DNA from: Lingula anatina
Taxonomy: Eukaryota; Animalia; Brachiopoda
Length of the DNA: 64,000 bases
Reading direction: 5' to 3'
Assembly (NCBI GenBank): GCA_051362555.1
Contig: CM120640.1
Coordinates: 48,772,788 to 48,836,787, forward strand
Positions 38,449-59,787 of the stretch are shown here, piece by piece. Position 1 is the stretch's first letter, and every line of letters begins with the position of its first letter. Below the pieces are notes generated by a model, which was not told the origin of the DNA, did not search any database, and saw only the letters and a program-made list of their open reading frames with translations. Made by a program: the position numbers and the translations under genes.

Positions 38449-38833
38449 TTATTTAGCACTAGCTAAAATAATTCTTCCTACCGTTAGCTTACGGAGAACA
38501 TCGTTGTGGGACTATATACCAGGTCAACTGCCATGACTGTAATTCCTTTTATATTGGTGGCACAAGAAGACAGTTGAAGACCAGGATAAACAACCACCAC
38601 AATCGATCTACCTGGTATTTATAAAAGGGTCCTGGCAGATATACCACCTAGCGGTCAGTGAGTAACAACCCACGTGACCAGTCTGGTGAAGGCCTACGCC
38701 TGTTACGGCTCTACTGTGGCCTAAAGATCAAATTCGGTCTCTTGGGTCTAATTAGTTTGTGTTAAATAATTATCATCTAAGCTCACCAATATATCTAAAT
38801 TTCAGTGCAGCTAGATGATACAACGAGCCTAAA

Positions 38834-46679
<7,846 letters not shown>

Positions 46680-48311
46680 TTGAAATAAGTCCTTACATGA
46701 CCAGTATCTACGAGAGCCCAACATACAATTCCAGACAAAATTAACGTCTTGGTGCGTTCTCCGAGACCCTTTATTTCATTCCAGTACTAATGGCCAGCAG
46801 GACTTTCAGTTGTAGGGCATCTATCCAATATGGCCGTGTCGTCTCTTTGACTTGAAATTGAGAAAAGTGAATTCAACACATTGAAAGGAAAACTTGCATC
46901 CTTGGGGTAGATTTCATTGGGTAAATACCATAAAAATGTATTCACGGCAAGTGGATTTTTACTTATATATTTAAACGAAGTCAACGTATTTAGTCGGAAC
47001 TGAAGTGTAAATGATTTGATAATTTCTTTTTCTTTTTTGGTGTACATAATCCACTGGATATATTTCAAAATTCCTCATAGCACATCAGCTGGAGAAGGAA
47101 TCAGTAAGCAACTTGTGTGATATATAGGTAGTTTAAACATCAATGCAACATTTAGCAGCGATTACTGATACTGATAATTGATACCAAGAAACATTTAGTG
47201 AAATGTTTTTGGTGAACATCATGGATATTGTAAGAAGTTGCAAAATGGAAAATCTTCATTTTTTATGCAAACAAAGTTTTAATTGGTAGTGTTAAATTGT
47301 CATTAGACACTCTAATCAATACAATTTATGATTCTATAAATTTACTTTTATTATAATAGGAAAACTTCTAAATAATGAGCCACATGCATCGTTTGTAATG
47401 GAAGTTTTTATTTGACAGTGATTAACTGACATCATTTTTTCACATGAATGCCTTTGATATAAAGATATAGAGCTACTCAGTAGCAGATAATTTATTCTGG
47501 GGTCACTATCCAAATATGACCACTACTTTAACAACAAATTATACAGTGACTAGTGTTTAACTATATTTAAGACAAAAATTTGATGAGCTATGATATGATT
47601 GAAATCGATGAAATAGCTTGTAATGAAGGAGAAATTCCTAGACTTTGCATTATCAAATGAAATAATAAAAATTGCACATAGATATAAATATATGGTGTAA
47701 ATAATGCATGAAATATTTGAAGTAGTTAACTATTCCAAACACTAGTTAGCTGCCAACTGAAAAAAAATTAGAAAAATAAGTGACATTATTTTTAAGCATC
47801 ATTTCAACTGGTGTGATCCTTAAATATATAATCTTAATCACATTATGAAAATAAAACATCTTTATTCCACACAATTTGGAATGTGCACTGGTGTAATCTG
47901 CCAAACTACCAAAGGATCTTGTTAAAATAATTTATCTTAAGTGATTTGCTCTTGGAGCACTTCATCAACTTCTTACAGTCACAATTAACTAAAAATATAA
48001 ATGCATGCAGTGAAGACCATGGATTGCTTGGATACACTACACTTAAAGAAAGCTTAAGAGACAATTTAAGAATATTTGGATTTCAACAGGGAGAAACATG
48101 CTTTCAAGATATTCCAATACTTTTATTCTCTGATGTAAAAGAACAAGATTAAAATAAGCAATCTACCTGCAGTGATATCACAACCATGCACACATTAAAG
48201 CAACCATTTTTTTTAAATTGGAGTTGATCAATAAGCACATGAGTATTCTGGTTAGAATAATTATCCCTGATAAAATTGTATTGAGGAAAAACAAACTTTC
48301 TCCAAGTCAAT

Positions 48312-51300
48312 TCATGTTAATAAATCATTCTGTGTGGAAGAGTCATTTTGCTCTTGTCGAGAAGTAGAAGCAATATTCAATATCTTTTCTGCAGCAGAAG
48401 CCTGCTCTGCTCGTAATCGTTTGTAAGGACATTTGAAACATGTGACAAGGAAAATGGCTCCTACTGCAGCTACACAACACAGGAAAATATCAGGATCTGG
48501 AAATATTGAGAAAATATATAGATTACTATATGCTAATTTGAAACACAGAATAGTAAGGAGGCTATTTCATGGCAATTAACATGGCTTATTTCTATACATT
48601 TACACAACTAGGAGTCTACAAAAAGGCTGGCAGATTCTGGAATCTAGTATTAGGATCCAATAACAACATATTTCACTCACAGGTATAATCCATTGGTGGG
48701 GTAGGTTCAACTTTACTGACTTTGCAGGCTTGTAAATTATTTACTGGCAACTCCACTGCTATAACCTCCATAACAAGGACAAATATTATACCCTGTATCT
48801 GCCTAAATAAAATAAATATGACATATTTATGTTATCATAGTTATTCTAAAAATCACATCTTCATTCATTATGACATTTTTAAAAGTAAATCATTAAATTT
48901 TTTTACATGAAATGTTTACTTCTCATGTTAATGCGATATTACACAGAGAAAAGTTTGTGACTTCTGCAGCTACTCAAGACCATCTTTACAGCTGTTTCTT
49001 ATTTTATTCTGTGAACTTTTCACTTCTGTGGCAGGTATCAATTAGTTAAATAGAATTCAAGAAAAAGTTTGAAATAAGCATAATCAATGCAAAACAGTAA
49101 AGCAATACAAATGGTATACATTAGATGTGTGCATTCAGCCCTTACCCTGAAATTAACAGAAAGCCTGCACTGGTAGCTTCTGCCACAGGAAATGTTGTCT
49201 CAACAGCCAGTTCCAGACATACAGGGTACAGGGCAAATCCAAATATTCCAAACAATGCTATAGAAATGCCAATCCAGACAGGTATGTCATACATTCTTGC
49301 TGTCTGCAACAATGTACAAAGACATTTTAAGAAACCCACCTTCAAAAGGTAGTACTCAATATTTTGGCATATTCATGCCATTAAAGTTTGTTTTGAAATT
49401 TAATAACTTCATTTATCTGAAAAAATTCTGTTATATCATGATATGCAATCATAAAATTTAAACATCTGTAATCTTTATACAAGAGTAAAATTAAAAGAGT
49501 ATAATTTGTCATACATTGAAATTATTCTACAAGCTGACAGCAAAGACAAAGTAATCATCATGTGCCTAGGGTGCATCAACAGTACTTTTTTTCTTACCAA
49601 TGAAAATGCTACACAGGCTGCAGCTGCCATACAAAAACAGAATTTGGCCACCTCCTCAAATTTTTTGGTCTTGTCTACAAATAAGCTGAAGCCTGCAGCT
49701 CCTATAATACCACAGCCTATGAGGAGTGCCCCACAGATACCAGCAAAGTTCTAGAGAAGAAAATTCTTCGTAGAATCCACCTCTAATAGTTTACACCAGT
49801 TTCTGACTTTACAATACTTTTTTCATTATATGATACATGGTATGATATAATCAAACTTTTTTTTTTTTTTTTTGCTATACATCTTAAGACAGTTTTTAAT
49901 GCATGACATTGGTCTACTCATAAATCAGTTATGGTAATTCAAAGTTGACTTTAGTTACTAATAAATACTTCTTAAATACACAATGCACTCTCTTGTAAAA
50001 TCGTTATTCCTATGCATATCAACTCACATCATCATATCCCCATGGACAGAGGATCTGTTCTATTAATGTGGTCAGTGAGTTGAATAAGCCAAGTCCTGCT
50101 CCAAAACACACAGTCAGCACCCAGTATTGCTTGTTCTTGGCAATCTGACATAACCAAAATATAAATAATAATCTATTTTCTTCTATCTCTACCACTGCTA
50201 AGAGATAACTGATATCCTTTACAGTAAATATCAACAGCTTAACAAATTACTATAAACAGTTTGAAATATCAATCCCAAGATGTGTCATTTTGTATAAAGC
50301 TAAGTTCTTTTATTTGTAATAACTGACAATATTTTATGTAATTTTATCTGGCATATGAATATTACAATTCATAACCAAACCTGCTTCAGTCCAAGAAGGA
50401 AAGGTTCAGATTCTCTCTCAGCACTGGCAGTTGGAGGAGTGGGAGGTGTAGAGCTCCACACACCAAATGTTGCCATGACTACAGCTACTAATGCTGGACC
50501 TAAGAAAACTAAATGCTGAGGGAAGAAAGTTTTAATTTAATATACAGGACAAATGCTTGTTTGAATATTAACAATATCAGATTTAATCACATCCAGTACT
50601 GTTCTCATAATATTGTGTGCATATAATGCACTTATACTGACAGCAAACTTTGAACATCCAAGGCACTGAAACATCTACTTTAATTGCAAAGGCTAGTGAT
50701 AAAACCACGTAAAGATTATGATATAAAGAAAATTACTTAAACATGACCTGTTAATTAATCCTATAACTTGAAAGGATAAAGATATTACCTAACACAAATT
50801 TTCAAAAAGATTCTAACTGTATTAGTTTTTTTGCACCTACCATTGTTAAAAATCCACTACTTCCCTGTATCACAGGAGACAACACATTGGCAACAAGAAT
50901 ACCTAGAGGGTTAGCTGGAACAAAACAAAAAGCTGTAAGTAAACTTTAGTCAATAAAATATGTGGTGCTTAAGTTGATTTATAAGGCATTAAAAGACATG
51001 TTATTTTAAATCATTATCCTTTTAAATGAAAAGATAATTATATTAGCTCACACAATTTCCAAAATTTAAACCAAACTGTTAAAAAAGTCCATTTCAATTA
51101 AAGGAACAAATCACCATACCCCTTCCAGCAAATCTAACTTCTTTTTCTTTTTTTCCTAATCTGGCAACATAACCAAAGCAAAGATACTGTTAGTGTAAAA
51201 AAACAAAGTATTTTATTTTTAAATGAATAAGTCAAAACTCACACATAGAGGCAATCATATTAGCAATGGCTCTTTGGTCATCTCTAAACCATAGTGCTGC

Positions 51301-54300
51301 TAGTTTTGTTGGAGCAAAGAGTACAAATGACTGGGAACAAGCTGCTACAGCCTGCCCACCCATCAAGACAGGAAATCTGAACTTTTGATCCACCATGCTG
51401 ATGCTGCTCACCACTCTGAGAGCTGCCCCTATACAGTTGATCCATGCTCCCAAGATAATCTAATAAACAAATAATTTTCTTGTCACAAACTGTGAATGAT
51501 TTTCTATTTAAAACATGATTTTATCAGCAATATTATGAAGATAATATTGCATGGAAGTAAGTAGTCTAGCTATCATAACTATTATTAATATTTACTCAGT
51601 GGCTGAATGACATTAAATCTGATATTTTTTGGACAATTCAAACTGAAAATCTGTTATTACATTTTGTGATAATAAGGTGACAAATGTACAAAACTAAACC
51701 ACAATCTAATCAAAACAGCTTACTAATAAACAAAAAGAATACAATTTGGAAGTAAAAGTTAATTCAATCCTTCAGCAGTAATGTTACTATCTTTAAAATC
51801 AGTTATACCCCAGCTCTCAGTCCAAGAGTATCCAATAACCATGTGGCACTCAGTCCAAAGGGTATGCTGGCCACAAGGTAAACCAGTGATAGCCAGTTCA
51901 CGCCATTTAGACTAGTTTGATAGTATGTAGCAGTCTCATCAGCTATGGGTGAATACGTGATCCATATCTAGAATATTTTAACAAAAGAAAGACTGAGGTA
52001 AAAAAATCTAAACAATTTTAAGTTTTATAATCATAAAATGGATTTGATAAAATCTACTAAATCATAAAATGATGGACATTACTTTCAACCCTAATCTCAC
52101 CATGTGCGGGTTTGGCACATCTAAACAAAGGATTCCGATTCTTATCATACACTTTGTAATTCATAGGCCAATTGCCAGAAAATAAAATTTGATGAGGAAA
52201 AGCAATTTCTACAGGGAGAAGTAAGATGGGGCATTGGGACCTTAATTGAGCATTCTGCCCAAACCAACCTTATCATAAAAATAAAGTCTGGGAAAATTCA
52301 GACAGCCTGGTGATAATATACATATCTATATTTGTTCCAGGACCATACTTATAATAACTCCCTTCAAGTCCAGTACTTAGCATACCAGTATACAGCATGT
52401 ACTATTTATTGGGAGCAATACCAGTAATCCAGTACCTGGTGCTTTGAACTCCCCAAGGCTCCACACAGGCCAGTTGTATATTATATACTACATAGAAATT
52501 ATCAGTAATTTGCTAGCATTCTACTTTCGCAACTTCAGAATGTCACTGTGCACTGCGGTAACTGTACATGTTTATGTCATGCCAAAACACTGTATATACT
52601 TGGTACATGTACATCTAGTGGTTCATTGTTGGGATTAACAAGAATGGAAAATACTGTTACGGGCCATTCCGTGGTATTTTTTTGCTGTTATGGAAGGACA
52701 TTTGACACTTCAAATGAAAATATTTTCAAAAGTAAAAAACTTACAAGGTCCATTTTTTGTATGTTTATTCTTCTATATGTAAGTTATAATTGGGCAAAAA
52801 ATTAAGTTTAAAAAAATTATAGTTGCGAAAAGATTATAATAAATAGTTAGCGTCTCGGAAGGACGTGAAATGGACATGGAATTTTAACTTTCAACTTCAA
52901 ATCTAAAATTCTGCTCTGTCTGTGTAGATATTTTAAAGGTCAAATCAAAATAAGAATATTTGATTATTTCACTTTCTCAGTGTATAAATTTTTTTTTTTT
53001 GGGAAAAAATAATATATTTGAAAATTTTGCATATAAAAAAATCAAGTAGGCGTCATGGAAGGACGCGTCTCGGAAGGACGTTTTGTCCATTGCTAAATAA
53101 AATGCAAAATAAGGCTAATAATAATATTTTATGAATACATACCAGCATAAGTTTGATGAATAATATCAAAGGTAAACATGTACTTCTATGGTGATATATT
53201 TCATCTTCAAACATGTTACTAATTTTGACTATAATGTAAGTTCTCATCTGCTCTGATCATCTTTAAATAATATTCTGACATTTTTAGAGAAAATCTTACC
53301 AAATCTATTAATTATAAATATAATCAATTGTCTAAATTATAATAACTTCAAAATTATTCATTCAAATGAAATGTTTCCCAGTTTAAAAATGCTTCTATTT
53401 ATAATACTTGTGAATTTTAAGTTCAAGATTATCTTGAAAGACATAAGAGTTTAGGGCTCATTGGTCACATGACCTGTTATGGTCCAATCAAAATGCCTCA
53501 TACGTGCTTCCACTGTGCTAGGTGTCATGTTTAATGCTTATATATTTGGATTTAATTTCTTATTGAAGTGGTTCTAAGCAAAAATGTATTCATTTTTTGT
53601 TGGCCCCTATCATGGTTGAGGAGAATATGAAGTTATAAGTTTTTAGCTTTTGTAGTTACCGAGAAAACTTAAAAAATAGGTACCAAAATCGTCACGGAAG
53701 GACAAATTGATATTAATTAATCCATTATTTTATAATCAAATATTTTTTAATCTAATGCACTTGCCTAAATGTAAGAAATAAGTTATATTTAATATATTTA
53801 GCCTTTATTGTTTAAAATGATCTCTATTATGAAAAATATATCAAAAATAAAAATGTCCTTCCGTGACACTATTTTATAAGTTTTGCAGATAAAAGTGTCA
53901 ATAAAATCATAATTAATCATCAAAACCTAAAATTTCTTTTGGATTCTGGTGTCTTATGGTGTCTGTTTTCAGAAATTATAAGTTTTATAAGTAGGATTCC
54001 TTTTTCAAATTTTGAGGTCTGCGGACCAAATACCACGGAATGGCCCTTACACATTTTGAGTTAGTTCAGCAAAGTCCTATTTCAAAACATAAATGAAATT
54101 AACCTGGAAATAATCGTGAAAATGAGCTTGGGAAAGATTTAAATGTCACAGTCGCCAAACATGCAGTCTTGTTAATACTGGCTTACAACACTGAAAAAAA
54201 GTCATCAGAATTATACCATTTACCCCAGTGGTTTTAGTTCTCTCAAATTTGGTTTTTATCCTCGATATTTTAAAGGCACCACATAGCTTAGTTTAGAAAA

Positions 54301-54592
54301 GATATTGACAATCAAGACTCATTAGGGGGAGGGATACTGCAAAAGTGCCGATTTATCTGGTTTAATTTAGCAATTTAAAACCACGCATTTTTATTGACAA
54401 AGTGCAACCACATGAACATTAGTCATAATTTGCAAAAATATCTATCATTACCATTGCATTTGATATGTTTAGCAGACAAACAACCACCAGCATAAACCAT
54501 CTTCTAGTATAAACTTTGTACTCAGTCCTATCCGAAGAACTGCTGCTGAGGAGGGGTTGTCGCTCCCCCTCCCCTCTTTCCTCTTCCAACAT
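48312..54592 (-). CDS. SLC49A3: MFS transporter of the SLC49/FLVCR family, SLC49A3 (MFSD7)-like, 10 exons, 486 aa
   Basis: Exons 54592-54452, 51967-51809, 51459-51243, 50914-50841, 50515-50381, 50144-50028, 49750-49598, 49303-49146, 48802-48681, 48496-48312, all phase-consistent. Motifs YKVYTRRWFML, APTKLAALWF..QRAIANMIASMSNPLG, PPTPPTASA, EQILCPWGYDD, ELAVETTFPVAE, PYKRLRAE. Confidence 0.9.
52661..54046. mobile_element. Non-autonomous TIR transposon (GGG termini, 4-bp TSD; Sola-like) in SLC49A3 intron 1
   Basis: TIR GGGCCATTCCGTGGTATTT / AAATACCACGGAATGGCCC, TTAC duplicated at 52657-52660 and 54047-54050, internal GGAAGGAC repeats. Superfamily is inferred. Confidence 0.85.
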
Positions 54593-54848
54593 GATTCTAA
54601 AATATGGGTCAGGTCAAATTTCATGGTCAAGGTCGATTAAATTCAAAATAATGAACCACGATGACAGTTTCGGTTTCCTTGCATTTGAGATACGTAATGA
54701 TAGTTTAAATTGCTTGAATTTCGTTTAGACAAAATTTATTATTTTGCTTTGAGCTGAAACCGCACAATGTGTCTTAAAGTTTGTTACTGAGCTTAAAACT
54801 GGCACGATTTTTCCGCCTTTCGGCTTAACTCTTGTTAGAGAAATAAAA
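54593..54848. promoter_or_regulatory. Bidirectional promoter SLC49A3/MRPL35 with a consensus ISRE
   Basis: Divergent ATGs 256 bp apart. AGTTTCGGTTTCC at 54666-54678. YY1-like AAAATGGCTGCC at the MRPL35 start. Confidence 0.65.
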
Positions 54849-56534
54849 ATGGCTGCCTCCATGAAGAGCCTGATTTCGGGTCAGTAATTATTTCGGTTTG
54901 TTCGATTTAAAGGTTAGCTTGTATTCTGCGAAGAGGAAAGTTAGAATTTGATGCAGGGGAAGTTTCAAACACCATGGAAGCTATTGATGTTTTCTTTTTG
55001 TCTATGATAGACACGTAATGTTTTAATTTTTATTCTGCTGGTCTCTTTTTTTTTATGTACTAAAATAACTAAATTGAAAGATACAGGTGCGCGTAAATAT
55101 AAAATGACAGTAAGCTAGCCACTTAGCTTGTCAGGAGCTCTCAAATTTTTGCCCACCCCTTGCACCTCCCCAAGTCGCCTACTGTTGAAAAGCCTGTTTG
55201 CCATTAATTATGCTGTGAATAAGGTAGTTTTCATCTGCTCATTTACCAATGCATTAACACACCTATTCATGTCTTCAATAAGTGTACAATTTCATGGTGG
55301 CATAAATATGCATGCTAGCTTTTGGTATGTGCACTTTTATGAAGTAGTTTGTTTATAAGCATGAATATTTGTTTGTTGCCATGAAAGTGTATAAGTTTTA
55401 CTTTAATTGTCTCATCCCTGTTTGCCTCTGACCAGTCAGCATTGAGCAAAGTATTATTAATTAATGCAACATTTCTTTTTTTTTTATTTTACTCATATTT
55501 ATTATTTATTTTAACAAATATTTATTACATTTAACTTCTTATGTTATAGTTAACTTTTTATAACATTTTAGGAATGAAAAACATTGGTATGAAGATATTT
55601 TCCTCACCTGGTAATTGTTTGCCAACATATGCACAGATGAGAATAGCAGGAAATTACACAAGTCAGTGCATGCAGCAGTTGAGAACTTTTTCATTCACCA
55701 GTAATAAGCAAATAATAAAAAAGTAAGTACATTTCCAGTACTTTGCTCTGGCAAAATATTTTCATAAACCTGGTTGAGGTTAAGGACTTTTTCATTTACC
55801 AGTAATAAGCAAATTATAAAAAGTAAGAACATTTCCAGTACTTTTTTTTCTGGCCAGATATTAAACATAAATGATTTCAGATTTTATTCAAATCATCACA
55901 GACTGAGTTCCGATCAATGATTAATTAACCAATTTTAATGAAATTTTGCTAAAATTTTTAAGTGATTACCTACAGGACATGTAATAATCCATATCTCAAT
56001 TTGAAAAATTATTTAAAAAAATTATTTTGAGTGTTTTATACAAGAAATAAAAAAATTCTATCTGTATTGCAAATGTTCACATTTTTCAAGTCCTGGTCCC
56101 TACATATTCTATATCAGTGATACCTGGATTGTTGGTTCAAGTACTGAACATTACTTTTTTTCTTTTACAGACCTTTACTTCAGCCTCAGATTCCCATAAT
56201 GGAAAGCTGTCGAACCAAAACCATTATTGACAGGAGGCGAGGTAGAGCTCATGGAGTTAAAGCTGTTAGAGACAGATTCTTTCGCTTAGAAAATGGTTTG
56301 TGGATCCGCACCATGGCAGGAAAGCATCGGAAACTTTGGGCTAAGTCAGAACGTAGAAAGTTCAGGCTGCGTCAGCATGTTTTTTGTAATAAAACTCAGT
56401 GTAAATTACTGGACAAAATGGCTGGACCATATTATGCAAAGAAAAGATATTTCCCAGAAGATCCATATGGGCCATATCAAAAACGCTATGGAATGAGTCA
56501 CATATTTTATGAACCTCCAAAGTTTCTTCCATGA
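54849..56534 (+). CDS. MRPL35: Mitochondrial ribosomal protein bL35m, 3 exons, ~181 aa
   Basis: Exons 54849-54879, 55572-55722, 56171-56534. MAASMK.. presequence-like start. VKAVRDRFFRLENGLWIRTMAGKHRKLWAKS..RLRQHVFCNKTQCKLLDKM..RYFPEDPYGPY is typical of MRPL35. Confidence 0.92.
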
Positions 56535-59519
56535 GGTTCTTTTGATTTGTGTGAAAACGTTTTTGGAAATTTAGACACTTCAAGGTACCATTAGACTTTG
56601 TGTCATTAGAATGAAACTGTTTCATTTAAATATAATTTGCTTATAATGTTTCTGGATGCATTTTTTAATACAGACCTTAGTTCTGACAAACAGTCTAATG
56701 TATAGAGAGTTGTTTATTACTCTAAGTTCTATTAGCAGATTGGTTGATTCATTATGAGACAAGAGACTGGGGTGAATAAATGTTTGTAATGAATGAAAAT
56801 ATTCTTTATATTGAAAGATCAATACAGCATCATCACCAGTTTTCAGTATACACAGACCTTTGTTATGAATACAAAATGCAGGATATAACTAAAACATAAA
56901 TGCTATCTTCTGACTGTCAAGCTACCTTTTGCCTCAATAACTAAATGTAGCTACTTTTTTCTAGCAGTCTACAATACCAACCCTATCAACAAACATACCA
57001 GCAAATGTACCCCTGATTTTTGAACTGAACTGTTATAGTGCATTAGCTTAGTTTTGATCCAGCATGCAACGATCCACTCTTTAGTGAAATGTTATGCAAA
57101 AGGTGGTATCATCAGCAAGTTGAAGTTCACATAGTGTGCCATTGCTATCCTTTCCAATTTAGTATTGTAAGAAATTTATTTATTTTGCCATAATAAGCTG
57201 AATGATATTATAGGGAAATATGAAATACAGGTAAAGTATAGATTATTCTCTTCAATTGTTTTTCCATTTTTTCATATTGATTATAAATTATAACCATTAT
57301 CATGGTCTATTCAATCCTGAAAATAAGGAGAATTTAGTCTACAGTGAGAGGTTGTTACACCTGTATATGGTGTCAAACATGAACACAGGTTCATGCTTAT
57401 TATGTTTTGCCAAAAACTTTCTCTCATTCCAAGTAGCAGTGAAGCTACTTTCAGCACTTCAAGCATGAAAATGTGATTTGGTCCAGCTAAAAGTCATGGG
57501 ACAAGTAGTAGAGAACACAGCTGAAAAGATACTAAATTTTTGCTATGGAGTGTTCAATGCATTGAATATTTTCTTATTTAAAAATTATTTTTATCAAATG
57601 CTCTTTTGAACAATGCTAGGCTCTGTCTATGACCAGTAGCATGACTTTTGAAGTATGACGTATGGAAAATGATAATAGGATGTATTTTAAACACTCTGCC
57701 TGGGACACTCCCATTAAAAAAATTATATTTATCTTACTTAAGGGCAACTACAGTAATTATAAAAGGATTTGTGGTGGTTTCTTTATATTTGCCTAGATAG
57801 ATCTCGAAGTAGATACAGCAGGTGTTGAAGAGAAAAATTCAATGAAGATGAAAAGGTAAAAAAGCACAAATCAGTTGTGACTGTATAAAAGACCACAAGA
57901 TTCCATCATTAGCAATAATGGTTTATGTGTATGCATTAATTGTAAATTGTACAAAAATGTCTGCCTGATCTTACATATAAAAGTTACAGACAGATTTACA
58001 TTACATTTTATTCAAATAATGGCCCTTCATTTCCAATTTAAAAGTGTCTCTGAGATGAGATTATTTCATGTTAAGGGAAGTTTAGATTTTAGATACTGAA
58101 ATTCACACAATGAAAAGCAATACAGTCATGTGTTTGGCCACCTGCAAAAAGAAAAAGCTTTTTTTCTTATTTTCTTTCAGTCAGGTGGGTTTTTATTTTG
58201 GGTAAGATTGAAAAAGGAATCATAGTTTGAATTTATCATTTAAAAGTATCATAAAGGTGTAGAGGACTGACATTTCTTTATCAGTGTGATTGGCAATTTA
58301 AAATGTCTTTTTTGTAAAAGAATCTCCAGCACAAAAAAGAGCACTGAGTTTTAAGACCCTTCAAGACAAGACTAATAAATAAATTTTTATAATAGTAAAA
58401 GGTAAAATTGACCAGGTATTGATAAAGAAAGCCCAATTTAAGTCCATATATTGTGGAGTATTTTGCTGTATGAACTTCTTATACATATAAATATGTTTAA
58501 CCTTTGAATTGATATTATAGTCAATATGCTTTTTCCTGTTGACTTGGTAAATGTACATGTCACTTCAGCTGCATGAAAAAATATTCTCAAATTTGCAATC
58601 GAAAGGAAATTATCACTCTTGTTATGTAATTGCCTTTTTGTGAATGCATAATTCTTGGCACACTTTCAGCAGGAGCAGGACAAGAGCCATTGCGTAGGTT
58701 GTGTAATTCCTGCACATCAGTAGGTGGGGTATAAAATCATGTGTGCCATAAATGTAACAGCGGTGCCGTTATGTCATTATAGTCCAGCTAGGAGCACTTT
58801 GTGAAATCATAAAATTGTGTTATTGTTTTTAGATAGTGGGAAAGGTTAGGCGTGCAATGGCTGTTACAGTTATGCTGTGTTTGTACTTGCCAATGGCTTG
58901 TGGCAAACTAGCCACATTATTGCATCTGTATATAGGTGCCATTTGCTAAAGGCAAGCATATATTTTGCAGTTTTGAAGTTTCTGGCCAAGAGCCTTGATA
59001 AGAGCTGATGAGGAATGATCCAGATTTATCTGTGAATCATATTTTTGCTCTGTTTTTTTATGACAAGTAAGAAAACGAAATGGAAGTGAGTTCTTGGGAA
59101 GGTTTTTATAATTCTCCATAGAAAATAAAACTTTATACACATATTCTGTATGTGATACAGATACTTTTGTGATATGGTTATAAATCAGTAGCTATGGAAA
59201 AGAAAATAACTTCATTGTCTTTGCTCTAAACTTCAACATCTACTTACTTTATTTGTCAAAACTCACACTACTCTTGGACAAATTAACCCAAGCTGAGACA
59301 TAATACCAAGGGAAGTGCATATAAATTAGGTCTACAGTTTTCACAGGAGCAGGTTTCACCAAAGATCTTCAGCCAGAATATTGGGCCAAACTTAAAGTAG
59401 TGCTTGCAGTAAATATTGGTCTAGCTAAAATATATGCCATATCTTTCTTATCATTAAATGCACATGAACTTCTATTTAATTGGACTACTACTCGTATGTC
59501 TTGGGTCAAAATAGGGGCC

Positions 59520-59787
59520 TGAATGAGAAGATACGAGTGCTAACTGGTCCATGGCCTACATATGGCGGATATACGTGAAAGGAAGACCACTTAATCCTGT
59601 AATGGTCTATTGGCCTCTTTTATGCCTCCCCACGCGTTGTCCCTGCAGGGGTACAGTAATTAAATTTTGGCTCAATTCGACCGGTCAACCACATGGGGAG
59701 GCATTATAGGATTAAGGGGTCTTCCTTTCATGTAGGTCTGCCATATTTTGGTCGTGGACCAGTTAGCACTCAACTCTTCTCATTCTG
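59520..59787. repeat. Foldback / MITE-like inverted repeat
   Basis: GAATGAGAAGA..GAGTGCTAACTGGTCCA..TGAAAGGAAGACC..TTAATCCT pairs with AGGATTAA..GGTCTTCCTTTCA..TGGACCAGTTAGCACTC..TCTTCTCATTC. Confidence 0.8.
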
